38,087 bases of DNA from a virus (taxonomy: Duplodnaviria; Caudoviricetes), in the IMG/VR virus record IMGVR_UViG_3300047474_000437, positions 1 to 38,087 of that record. The stretch is one strand, 5' to 3'. Below the pieces are notes generated by a model. The model was not told where the DNA came from and ran no database searches. It worked only from the letters and a program-made list of their open reading frames with translations. Each line of letters begins with the position of its first letter. Position 1 is the first letter of the stretch. Shown one piece after another: positions 19,331-28,510 of the stretch. Made by a program: the position numbers and the translations under genes.

Positions 19331-20408
19331 TTATAACGATATCAAAGAAGTTCACTTAGAGATTACACAAAAATGCCAAGCTGCATGTCCGATGTGTGAC
19401 CGAAATGAGAATGGTGGAAAAGACAATAAGCACATTACAAATGCTGAACTTAGTCTCGCGGATTGCAAGCGAATATTTGAGCCAGAGTTTATTGCACAGT
19501 TGCGCACAATGTATATGTGTGGCAATCTCGGTGATCCTATTGTTGCTAAAGATACATTAGAAGTATTTAAATACTTTAGAGAACATAATCCAACAATGTG
19601 GCTAAGTATGAACACAAATGCTGGTGCAAAGAATACAGAATGGTGGGAAGAATTGGCTGGCGTTATCAACAATAAAGGTGCGGTAATCTTTAGTGTTGAT
19701 GGTCTTCGTGATACCAATCATCTTTACAGACAAAATGTTGTTTGGGATAATGTAGAACGTAATATGAAAGCATTTATTTCTGCAGGTGGTAGAGCAAGAT
19801 GGGACTTCCTGATATTCCAACACAATGAACATCAGGTTGCAGAAGCAGAATCACTTGCGATTGAATGGGGAGTGGAACGTTTTGTTAAAAAGAAAAGCGC
19901 ACGTTTCATTAGTAGTATTACTAGCAAAGCAAAGGATTGGCATCAGAGTAGAAATCGCAACGGTGAGCAAACACAAGTCATAGCAAAGCCTAACAAAATG
20001 AACAATCAGAATTTAATACTACACAAGCAAAAAGAAATAGAAAAGACATATGGGAGTATGATGGAGTTTTACAATCAATGTGATATTGAGTGTAAGGTTG
20101 CAAAACAAAAAAGTATCTTTATTACTGCAGAAGGTTTATTTTTGCCATGCTGTTGGACTGCTGGTAGAATGTATAAGTGGTGGCACAAAGATTATCGTGT
20201 AGAACAGATATGGGATTATATTGACGCTGCTGGAGGCAAAAAAGGACTTGACGTTATAAACAATAGTTTACAGAGTGTTATTGACGGGCCGCTAGTAGAT
20301 GATATTGAAAGCAGTTGGAAAAAGAAAAGTATCAAAGAAGGTAAGATCGGAGTATGCGCTCAAAAGTGCAGTATAGGATTTGATGTATTCGAGGCACAGT
20401 TTGAATGA
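19323..20408 (+). CDS. Radical SAM enzyme with C-terminal SPASM/twitch-like domain
   Basis: CQAACPMC, GNLGDP, FSVDG; C-terminal IEC...LPCCW...CAQKC. Confidence 0.9.
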   Translation: MYNYNDIKEVHLEITQKCQAACPMCDRNENGGKDNKHITNAELSLADCKRIFEPEFIAQLRTMYMCGNLGDPIVAKDTLEVFKYFREHNPTMWLSMNTNAGAKNTEWWEELAGVINNKGAVIFSVDGLRDTNHLYRQNVVWDNVERNMKAFISAGGRARWDFLIFQHNEHQVAEAESLAIEWGVERFVKKKSARFISSITSKAKDWHQSRNRNGEQTQVIAKPNKMNNQNLILHKQKEIEKTYGSMMEFYNQCDIECKVAKQKSIFITAEGLFLPCCWTAGRMYKWWHKDYRVEQIWDYIDAAGGKKGLDVINNSLQSVIDGPLVDDIESSWKKKSIKEGKIGVCAQKCSIGFDVFEAQFE

Positions 20409-21628
20409 GTAAAACTTTTTGCCCTATACCTTGGATATTTCAAGCCCCGCGCAGCAACGGCGACTTACGTGTTTGTTGCCAAGCAAATAGCAGTGAGGAC
20501 TATGGTCTGATACGCAAGCCGGATGGTACTCCGTACAATGCAGCAGACGACTATTTGGAAGAAAGTCGTAATGCAGATATTATGAAATCAATGCGACTGA
20601 ACATGCTAGAAGGTAAGTGGAGTAGTCAGTGTATTCGTTGCCGCACCGAAGAAGATAATGGACATCACAGTAGGCGTCTGGCTGAAAATAAAGACTGGTG
20701 GTTTGACATTGACGAAGCACGTAAAGTAACAGCAGAAGATGGCACAATTGATGGTGTTGCTATACAGTATTATGATTTTAGATTTGGAAACAAATGCAAT
20801 CTAGCTTGTAGAATGTGTGGTCCTAGTGACAGTGACAAGTGGTATGAAGATTGGGAAAAGTTAGTAGGACCAAAGTTCTTTGACAACGGCGGCGAAGAAA
20901 TAACAATCGGCGATAACAGTGCGTTCAATTGGCATGAGAGTGAATACTTTTGGAAACAAATAGAAAAAAATATTAGTAATATCAAGCGTGTATACTTTGC
21001 AGGTGGGGAGCCTACACTGATACAAAAGCACTATACCTTTTTAGAAAAGTGTGTAGAAGTTGGACAATCTAGTAAGATGACTATTGAATACAATACAAAC
21101 ATCACAACATTGCCTAAACGCTTACTTGAACTATGGACACACTTCAAACGAGTAATTATTGGTGCTAGTATCGATGGATATGGCGATGTGTTAGAGTATC
21201 AGCGTTATCCAGTGAAGTGGGATAAAGTTTATAATAACATGTTGAAGATTGATAAACTGCCTGATAATGTTCGCTGCTGGTTTTCTTACACTGTAACCGC
21301 ATTTAATGTACATCACACTGCAGATTTTATAAACTGGGTAGACGAACAGCAGTTCTCAAAACTAAATCGTGTCAAACATCATATGGCATACAATCCTCCT
21401 TACTTGAATGTACAAGTGTTACCAGATGAGTACAAAAAATATGTCACCGATAGACTAGATGTGGATGACCCAAATTGTAAAAGTATAAGTAAGTATATGA
21501 ATTCCAAGTCATTGTATAAGTTACATTGGCATGAATTTGAAGGTATTACAACCAAATTAGACAAGATAAGAAATCAAGATATAACAATAACATTACCGGA
21601 ACTAGGAAAATATGTCAAAAAAATCTGA
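20405..21628 (+). CDS. Radical SAM enzyme with N-terminal twitch domain
   Basis: FCPIPW..VCC..CIRC; CNLACRMC; FAGGEP; ASIDG. Confidence 0.9.
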   Translation: MSKTFCPIPWIFQAPRSNGDLRVCCQANSSEDYGLIRKPDGTPYNAADDYLEESRNADIMKSMRLNMLEGKWSSQCIRCRTEEDNGHHSRRLAENKDWWFDIDEARKVTAEDGTIDGVAIQYYDFRFGNKCNLACRMCGPSDSDKWYEDWEKLVGPKFFDNGGEEITIGDNSAFNWHESEYFWKQIEKNISNIKRVYFAGGEPTLIQKHYTFLEKCVEVGQSSKMTIEYNTNITTLPKRLLELWTHFKRVIIGASIDGYGDVLEYQRYPVKWDKVYNNMLKIDKLPDNVRCWFSYTVTAFNVHHTADFINWVDEQQFSKLNRVKHHMAYNPPYLNVQVLPDEYKKYVTDRLDVDDPNCKSISKYMNSKSLYKLHWHEFEGITTKLDKIRNQDITITLPELGKYVKKI

Positions 21629-23018
21629 TACATTTTGTATCCTACCGTGGGTACATTTAAGCACAAGACCAGACGGCAGCATGCGAGTATGTTGCACTGC
21701 AAATGCAAGTAGCGTTGGCCCCACCAATGATAAAGCTCATGGCGGACAAGTTGGAATTCTTAAAACAGACGATGGTAAACCAAACAATCTAAATGTTAGT
21801 GACTTTGAAACTGCTTGGAATTCTAATTATATGAAGAATGTGAGACTGCAAATGCTTAATGGCGAAAAGCCGCCCAGTTGTTTAAAATGTTTCAAAGAAG
21901 AAGAAGCAGGTCATAATTCAAAACGAATGTGGGAAACTGCATATTGGAGTGAGAGGGTTGATGTAGAAAAAATCCTAAAAGAAACAAATGAAGATGGAAG
22001 TGTTCCGCCCAACCTAGCATATATTGATTTGCGTTTTGGTACTAAGTGTCAACTAGCATGTGTGATGTGTAGTCCACATGATAGTAGTGGTTGGATTAAA
22101 GATTACAAAAAGATTTTTCCTGATGTTAAAAATGAATCCCTTAAAGAAACAATGCAATGGAATAATAAAGGTAGTTCCAATGGTAGTAGTTACAATTGGC
22201 ATAAGCAAAATCCAACTTTTTGGAAACAGTTTTATGAACAGATGCCTAGTATGCAACAAATCTATTTTGCTGGAGGCGAAAGTCTTATCATTGATGAACA
22301 TTACGAAATACTTGAACACGCAATTAAAATGAATTATGCAAAAGACTTGGAACTGCGTTACAACAGTAACGGAGTTGAATGGCGCGATGATTTATTTGAT
22401 CTATGGAAAGAATTTAAACTAGTACGTTTTCATTACAGCATAGATAGTATTAAAGAAATGAATGACTATATTCGTTATCCTAGTACTTGGGCACGACAAG
22501 AAGAAGTATTTCATATTTTAGATAATGAAACTAGTGATAATGTTGAAATAACTGTTGCTTGTGCAGTTCAAGCACTTAATATATATTATATTCCAGACTT
22601 TATTAAATGGAAAGTTCAACAAAAATTTCGTAAAATAAATATGTGGCCTTTTGGTGCTGGTATGATAAACTATCACTTTGTATATTGGCCTGCACATTTA
22701 AATGTAAAAGTATTACCAGCGTGGTTTAAAGCAGAATGTCGGCGTAAATATGAGGAATTTTATCCATGGATGGAAAAGAACTGGGAATTATGTATACCAT
22801 CTTGGCATAAAGATAAAGTAGATTACGACACGTGGCGCAATAGCTCGTATGGTATGAAACGACTAGATGGCATGTTAAGCTTTATGGAAAGTGAAGACTG
22901 GAGTGTTAGACTTCCAGAGATGAAAGAATTTATTGGGCTATGTGATAGACAGCGAAACAATAGCTTCAGTGCTACGTTCCCAGAAATGAAAGATATATTT
23001 AATGGCCATAAATCCTAA
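21612..23018 (+). CDS. Radical SAM enzyme with N-terminal twitch domain, paralog of 20405-21628
   Basis: FCILPW..VCC..CLKC; CQLACVMC; FAGGES. Confidence 0.9.
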   Translation: MSKKSDTFCILPWVHLSTRPDGSMRVCCTANASSVGPTNDKAHGGQVGILKTDDGKPNNLNVSDFETAWNSNYMKNVRLQMLNGEKPPSCLKCFKEEEAGHNSKRMWETAYWSERVDVEKILKETNEDGSVPPNLAYIDLRFGTKCQLACVMCSPHDSSGWIKDYKKIFPDVKNESLKETMQWNNKGSSNGSSYNWHKQNPTFWKQFYEQMPSMQQIYFAGGESLIIDEHYEILEHAIKMNYAKDLELRYNSNGVEWRDDLFDLWKEFKLVRFHYSIDSIKEMNDYIRYPSTWARQEEVFHILDNETSDNVEITVACAVQALNIYYIPDFIKWKVQQKFRKINMWPFGAGMINYHFVYWPAHLNVKVLPAWFKAECRRKYEEFYPWMEKNWELCIPSWHKDKVDYDTWRNSSYGMKRLDGMLSFMESEDWSVRLPEMKEFIGLCDRQRNNSFSATFPEMKDIFNGHKS

Positions 23019-23059
23019 ACAGAAACAAAAAACAGACTGTAGAATCGAAAGAGAATAAA

Positions 23060-24460
23060 ATGGGACTATGTAGTATTGACGATAAAACTGAAAAGCAGTT
23101 GATGGTTATTTGGGATCTAGGTCGTAGATGTACATTTGCTTGTTCTTATTGCCCACCACACAGAAAAAATAGCTGGAGTACTCTAGCAAGTTTTGATGAA
23201 CTTGTAAAGACTGCAGATAGTTTAGAGCGTTACAGTGAGATTTATAATTCAAAAAGAAACGAACGATTTAGAGTAGCAGCAAGTTTCACAGGCGGTGAAC
23301 CAACTGTAAATCCAGAGTTCTTTAGATTTCTAGAATACTTACAAGAAAAGTATCCTCATTGGAAACGTACACTAACTACAAACGGATTTTACAGTAAGCG
23401 TAGACTTGAAATAGTTATGAAGAACACCGACTTTACAACAGTAAGTTATCATTGTGAGGGCACTGAAGCACAAAAGAAACAAGTTAGAGAAAACTTACAA
23501 ACAATGCATGACGCTGGATATGGATTCAAGATCAATATTATGTTTCATGAGAATTCTGATTACTTCAATGAGTGTGTTTATATTGCACAGTGGTGTGACG
23601 ATAGAGGTGTACAGTATACTCCACGTGTTATTGGTGATCAGGGCGATATCAACTCGGGAATAAAGAACAAGACCGTACACACTTACACTAAAACTCAAAT
23701 GGATTGGTTCAAGGATTACTGGAAAGCAAAGCAAAACAAAGAGCCTAAGCCTGCTTATTATGCTAGTAATCCGCCTAAGCCTGTTGTTACATCAGATGAC
23801 ACAAAAGATGTGATTAGTAATCAACCAGAACCAAACGTAGAGTCAAACAAAGAGTCAAATAAAGAGCCTAAGCCTGTTGTTACATCGAATGACACAAAAG
23901 ATGTGATTGACACAAAAGATGTGATTAGTAATCAACCAGAACCAAAAAAAGAAGTAGGACAAAAAATTGGGCGACCGTGTTGTGGTGGCAGACAGTTAGA
24001 CCTAAGTTTTGACGATGGATCAGTAAGCGAAGGCTCATTTGTAACAAACAACAACTTTCAAAATTGGAGTTGTATGGTAAACTGGTACTTCCTGTATATA
24101 CACCAAGAAGTAGATAGAATTTATCATCATCAAACATGTCAAGTAAATCTTGACGGTGAAATTGGAAGTATATGTAAAGTAAGTACCTTTGACGAATACT
24201 GCGATACACTAGAAGCACAGTTTAATACTGGGCGCATACCATTTATTAGATGTCCTAAAACACACTGTGGTTGCGGATTGTGTGTACCAAAGGCAAGAGT
24301 TGATAAAGTTGCAACATCGTTGTTCAACTACCATGCTCCGGGTATTATACCAGAGCAAATGGAAATGAAAGATGTGGGCGGAGCTAAAGGTTCACTGAAA
24401 GCAGAAGTATATAAGTTTGATGAATCAAACGGAGATTTAGAAAGGGAAGATTGGGGATGA
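23060..24460 (+). CDS. Radical SAM enzyme with repeat linker and Cys-rich C-terminal domain
   Basis: CTFACSYC, FTGGEP, LTTNG; PCCGG, WSC, QTC, CPKTHCGCGLC. Confidence 0.9.
   Translation: MGLCSIDDKTEKQLMVIWDLGRRCTFACSYCPPHRKNSWSTLASFDELVKTADSLERYSEIYNSKRNERFRVAASFTGGEPTVNPEFFRFLEYLQEKYPHWKRTLTTNGFYSKRRLEIVMKNTDFTTVSYHCEGTEAQKKQVRENLQTMHDAGYGFKINIMFHENSDYFNECVYIAQWCDDRGVQYTPRVIGDQGDINSGIKNKTVHTYTKTQMDWFKDYWKAKQNKEPKPAYYASNPPKPVVTSDDTKDVISNQPEPNVESNKESNKEPKPVVTSNDTKDVIDTKDVISNQPEPKKEVGQKIGRPCCGGRQLDLSFDDGSVSEGSFVTNNNFQNWSCMVNWYFLYIHQEVDRIYHHQTCQVNLDGEIGSICKVSTFDEYCDTLEAQFNTGRIPFIRCPKTHCGCGLCVPKARVDKVATSLFNYHAPGIIPEQMEMKDVGGAKGSLKAEVYKFDESNGDLEREDWG
23738..23946 (+). repeat. In-frame nested direct repeats in the radical SAM linker
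   Basis: gcctaagcctg x3, gacacaaaagatgtgatt x3, agtaatcaaccagaaccaaa x2, agagtcaaa x2. Confidence 0.9.
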
Positions 24461-25164
24461 TACTACATAGTGATGATGGAACACAAAGTATAAACTTTGA
24501 TATTGATGAAAAATATAATAAAATTTTAGTAAACTGCAGCGGTGGTGCTGACAGTGCAATATTACTTTACATGGTTGTTGATTACTTAATGAAGAACAAT
24601 CGAACAGATGCTACCGTAAGTGTATCAACATGTGCTAACGATTTTAAGCATCGTTGGAATGCTCGTAAAGCAGCGGATGTCATAAATTGGACAATTGCTA
24701 ATACAGGCTTTGCTAATTTTGATATGCACTATACATATTATAGAGATAAACAAGATACAGCGTATTTTCATGAAGTTGAATATCGCTTGTTTCGAGAAGG
24801 TAGAACAAATTTAATAATTAGTGGTATTACTAATAATCCTGTAGTTGAAGCTAGTGTGCTTGACATTAATGGCACTGCGGTTGATTTGGTAGCTACTGGA
24901 CTACCAAATAGAAACGTAGGAGAAGATGCAAAAGCCCTAAATATAAGAGAAGATCTAGAATGGGCATGGTACACACCATTCCACAAAGTGGATAAAAGAT
25001 TTGTAGCATCAATGTACAATCAATATAATGTTATGCCATTATTTGATCTTACACGTAGTTGCGAAGTAATACCAATCGGTGATTACAATCCAGAATTTGA
25101 AAAAACGCCATGCGGTGAATGTTGGTGGTGTCTGGAACGTAAGTGGGCATTTGGTAGATGGTAG
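24457..25164 (+). CDS. QueC-like PP-loop ATP pyrophosphatase
   Basis: CSGGADSA PP-loop, TPF..VDKR, LTRSCE, CGECWWC; ATG 24457 overlaps the previous stop (ATGA). Confidence 0.75.
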   Translation: MILHSDDGTQSINFDIDEKYNKILVNCSGGADSAILLYMVVDYLMKNNRTDATVSVSTCANDFKHRWNARKAADVINWTIANTGFANFDMHYTYYRDKQDTAYFHEVEYRLFREGRTNLIISGITNNPVVEASVLDINGTAVDLVATGLPNRNVGEDAKALNIREDLEWAWYTPFHKVDKRFVASMYNQYNVMPLFDLTRSCEVIPIGDYNPEFEKTPCGECWWCLERKWAFGRW

Positions 25165-25197
25165 ATAACACTTGATTTATTGATATAAGGATTAGTA

Positions 25198-25830
25198 ATG
25201 AGAATTGTAGCATTTGGATGCAGTATAACATACGGACAAAGTATGGAAGACAATCATCCTGAAAACATTGTTCCAAGTCAATATGCTTGGCCGCAAGTAT
25301 TGGCGAACATTGCTGGTGCTGAAGCAATCAACAAAGGGCAAATGGGAGCAGGGTGCAAAGAAATTATAAATATAATTCTTGATTTTGAATTCAAGCCAAG
25401 CGATGTGGTTGTAATAGCTTGGTCATATCCGGAACGTTGGTCTATCATACGAGAAGATAATAATGTAAACCGAATTGGTCCATGGATGTGGCAAAACTAT
25501 AAAAAGCCTTTGTTTGGTGAAATAACAGAGACCGCTAATATGTACTATGAATATATATGGGATGAGTACGATAGCTTCTTAGATCAAAGAAGAAACATAA
25601 AATTTGCTAAATTATATCTTGACAGCATTGGAATAAAAAGTTATCATACAACTGTAATAGATGAGAAATATCAAAATAAAAAATGGTTTGATATTTCGCT
25701 ACTTGACATAGGTATAAGAAATTATATTAAAAGTAATACAAGAGCATTAGACGGATTACATCCAGGACAAGATGCACATTATAAAATAGCAAATGCGTTT
25801 TGGAATAAAACAAACGGACTAACAATATGA
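25198..25830 (+). CDS. SGNH-fold protein (GCS variant)
   Basis: VAFGCSITYG, NKGQMGAG, WSYPER, DGLHPG..AH. Confidence 0.8.
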   Translation: MRIVAFGCSITYGQSMEDNHPENIVPSQYAWPQVLANIAGAEAINKGQMGAGCKEIINIILDFEFKPSDVVVIAWSYPERWSIIREDNNVNRIGPWMWQNYKKPLFGEITETANMYYEYIWDEYDSFLDQRRNIKFAKLYLDSIGIKSYHTTVIDEKYQNKKWFDISLLDIGIRNYIKSNTRALDGLHPGQDAHYKIANAFWNKTNGLTI

Positions 25831-25864
25831 CAGAAATTTTAGGTGAATAACTTTAAAAAAGAGT

Positions 25865-25893
25865 TTGACAAACTACAAAATGAATGATATAAT
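25865..25893 (+). promoter_or_regulatory. Perfect-consensus sigma70 promoter
   Basis: TTGACA (25865-25870), 17 nt, TGn-TATAAT (25888-25893); ATG only 5 nt later. Confidence 0.85.
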
Positions 25894-25898
25894 ATATT

Positions 25899-27011
25899 AT
25901 GAATGAAGATTTAAAATGGTCTAATTATGACTTTACAAAAATACCCTTTGACGATATTGTTGGTGTTGGGCAGCGTACTTTGCTGTATCGTGACCTATTT
26001 ACTGTTAGTTGGTTACTAGGCAGATTCTGCAACTACAAATGCTCCTACTGTTGGCCTTATGCCCGCAGTGACCGTAAAGACCATCGTCCTACGGAACTAT
26101 GTTTACGGACAATAGATGAAATAAAGAGGCAAGCACGTGAAAATGGATTTAATAGTTTTCACTTCTCGTTATCTGGCGGCGAACCTACTTTCCATCCTGG
26201 CTATTTAGATATTCTGGGTCATCTTGCAGATGATGTATCAAATACTAACTACACTAGTGTTCATATGACAACTAATATGTCACGTAATGTTAAATGGCAT
26301 GAGGATTATGTAGAGCGGGTTAAACCATTTCATCGTGCAAGTATCACTGCTAGTTTACATACTGAGCATCTTAATACAAGAGATAAGATGCAAGAGTTTG
26401 CAGATAAACTTATATTGTGTCAAGAAAATGATGTACAAATTACAGTGAACATGGTTATGGTCCCAGACTGGTTTGAACGTGATTGGGATAATGCATTATT
26501 TTTTCATGAACAAGGTATTAATGTAACATTGAAGCCACAATCTGATCCCACTGCAAGCCGTGTAGTTGATGGGTATACAGAAGAACAAATGAAAAGATTG
26601 TGGAATGGTATGCCACAACTTGCGTATACTGAGGTAAAACGTAAATGGAATGATAGACCAAAACCCAACTTTCAAGTTCCAGAGTATGCAATTGGTCAAA
26701 ATGATAAAAGTGTACCTTGGCATATGCAAGTAGAGTTTACAGACTCAAAAGGCAAGAAATGGTATATGGATCAGGCAGAGCGTTTTAATGCATTTAACTT
26801 TAATAACTTCGAAGGTTGGAGTTGTAACAGTGGCTATCAGGGCATCATAATACGTGAACCAGACGGTAGTATAAAACGTAGTTATAGTTGTGCAGACCAG
26901 CCATTGGGATATATCGAAAGTGGATTTAAACTATTTGACAAACCAATGCCATGTATAAGTAAGAGTTGTGTTAGTAGTGCAGATTCAAAAATACCAAAAC
27001 GTAAGATATAA
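25899..27011 (+). CDS. Radical SAM enzyme, paralog of 23060-24460
   Basis: WLLGRFCNYKCSYC, LSGGEP, MTTN, ASLH; NNFEGWSC, YSC, CISKSC. Confidence 0.9.
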   Translation: MNEDLKWSNYDFTKIPFDDIVGVGQRTLLYRDLFTVSWLLGRFCNYKCSYCWPYARSDRKDHRPTELCLRTIDEIKRQARENGFNSFHFSLSGGEPTFHPGYLDILGHLADDVSNTNYTSVHMTTNMSRNVKWHEDYVERVKPFHRASITASLHTEHLNTRDKMQEFADKLILCQENDVQITVNMVMVPDWFERDWDNALFFHEQGINVTLKPQSDPTASRVVDGYTEEQMKRLWNGMPQLAYTEVKRKWNDRPKPNFQVPEYAIGQNDKSVPWHMQVEFTDSKGKKWYMDQAERFNAFNFNNFEGWSCNSGYQGIIIREPDGSIKRSYSCADQPLGYIESGFKLFDKPMPCISKSCVSSADSKIPKRKI

Positions 27012-27040
27012 AAAAAGCACCGTAAGGTGCTTTTCTTTTT
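27011..27040. terminator. Bidirectional intrinsic terminator between convergent blocks
   Basis: AAAAGCACC-GTAA-GGTGCTTTT, with A and T tracts on both sides. Confidence 0.9.
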
Positions 27041-27908
27041 AAACTGCCATTGGTGCTCGAATAGTTTCACCTGGATCATATCCTACTACTTCAAAATCAT
27101 CCATTTTAAAATCAAATATTGAATTTACATCACGTTTTATTACTAACTTAGGAAAGGCTCTTGTATGGCGCTGTAGTTGCTCCTCAACCGCCTCTATATG
27201 ATTATTATATATATGACCATCACCTATAATGTGAATAAATTCGCCTACATCGTATTTACAAACGTGTGCAAGCATATATGTTAATAATGAATAACTTGCA
27301 ATATTAAATGGAACTCCCAAGAATAAGTCTGCGCTACGTTGATATAAACTGCAACTTAACTTCCCATCATTACTTACATAGAACTGCGACATAACATGAC
27401 AGGGCGGTAATGCCATTTCATTTAATGCTCCAACATTCCAAGAATTTAAAATATGCCTACGTGATTGTGGGTTATTTTTTAATCCTTGTACTAACTGTTG
27501 GATTTGATCGACGCCATTGAAGTTTCTCCATTGTACTCCATATACTGGTCCTAAATCTTTATTAGTATCACTATTATAATGTCCCAATGCAACACCTTGA
27601 TTGTCAGCATTGGCAGTCCATATAGTAGTTTTGCCTATTAGTTCTGTTCTAGGTTTGCCATAATGAATTTCTGCAAGTCTCCGTTCATTTTGTGATCCTT
27701 CAAGAAACCAAAGTAATTCACTTAATACTGATTTAAATGGCACACGTTTTGTAGTTAGTAGTGGAAAACTGTTACTGAGATTGTAGCGGCTTGTATTCAA
27801 GAATGTAGATAGCGTGCCTACCCCAGTACGTTCATTGTTTTTCGGTTCACCATTCTTCAATACTGTGTGTAGTAAATCTAGGTATTCATCTTCTTCATAG
27901 TTTGCCAT
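27039..27908 (-). CDS. thyA: Thymidylate synthase
   Basis: ERTGVGT, FPLLTTKRV, ELLWFL, LGPVYGVQWR, SRR, MALPPCH, QRSADLFLGVPFNIASY, HIYNNH, APMAV. Confidence 0.97.
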   Translation of the reverse strand: MANYEEDEYLDLLHTVLKNGEPKNNERTGVGTLSTFLNTSRYNLSNSFPLLTTKRVPFKSVLSELLWFLEGSQNERRLAEIHYGKPRTELIGKTTIWTANADNQGVALGHYNSDTNKDLGPVYGVQWRNFNGVDQIQQLVQGLKNNPQSRRHILNSWNVGALNEMALPPCHVMSQFYVSNDGKLSCSLYQRSADLFLGVPFNIASYSLLTYMLAHVCKYDVGEFIHIIGDGHIYNNHIEAVEEQLQRHTRAFPKLVIKRDVNSIFDFKMDDFEVVGYDPGETIRAPMAV

Positions 27909-28223
27909 TTACTTTTCTTCATCCTTATAGCTTTGAAAATGTTGTTTTAAAATTTCTTTTACACTTTTTACTACGCTTTCACGTAAGTTTGGGATATCAA
28001 GTAATATTTCAACATCATCAATTGCTTCGAAGTTCTTTGCCATGTCTGCCCAACTAAACTCACCACTTAGTGGCAATGGGGCCAATAGGTCATCACCATT
28101 TAGTGTGACTTCGTGACCATTTTTCATTATGACTTTGATACCTGTAATGAATGAAGATGGAATACTAATTGGAACAACTTCCTCCATTATTCTATCAAAT
28201 TCACCTTCTCTATCAAATTCCAT
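27909..28223 (-). CDS. Hypothetical protein
   Basis: 104-aa acidic ORF abutting thyA; AGGA SD. Confidence 0.75.
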   Translation of the reverse strand: MEFDREGEFDRIMEEVVPISIPSSFITGIKVIMKNGHEVTLNGDDLLAPLPLSGEFSWADMAKNFEAIDDVEILLDIPNLRESVVKSVKEILKQHFQSYKDEEK

Positions 28224-28231
28224 ATATTTTC

Positions 28232-28510
28232 CTAACTTAGATGCCCACGTTCTTTCATTACTTCTATATGTTCAAGCGATGCCAAAATAACTGCAGCCGC
28301 TTTTACTAATTCCCTTTCAAAATCTTTAGAATTTGGGGGAGTAAGCATAGTTGCACGTTTAGTTTCCTGTGCCAAATAATATGATGTTATTGCAATCCAA
28401 TCATTTGGAGAGTTTTTTGCATCATATTCACTGCCCGCCAAATCATATTGGCGAACACGTTCTTGCTCAATTCTACTTAGAATGCTACTACGCTTACTAT
28501 TAACAGACAT
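28232..28510 (-). CDS. MazG-like all-alpha nucleotide pyrophosphohydrolase-like protein
   Basis: IEQERVRQ...NDW...ERELVKAAAVILASLE pattern. Confidence 0.5.
   Translation of the reverse strand: MSVNSKRSSILSRIEQERVRQYDLAGSEYDAKNSPNDWIAITSYYLAQETKRATMLTPPNSKDFERELVKAAAVILASLEHIEVMKERGHLS

Noticed and set aside
23738-23946. CRISPR array or DGR repeat
   Set aside because: Repeats are in-frame coding, irregular and lack unique spacers; no cas or reverse transcriptase gene in the window.
25899-27011. Viperin, MoaA or QueE identity for this radical SAM
   Set aside because: CNYKC resembles viperin, but the following CFH and other diagnostic motifs are absent; no QueE CDT motif or MoaA C-terminal GG.
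656-27011. Bacterial capsule or LPS island
   Set aside because: No wzx/wzy/ABC export or NDP-sugar genes; flanked by phage genes and contains T4-type late promoter motifs.
27039-27908. thyA as a base-modifying hydroxymethylase
   Set aside because: All canonical TS motifs, including the dUMP-specifying Asn and C-terminal MAV, are intact.
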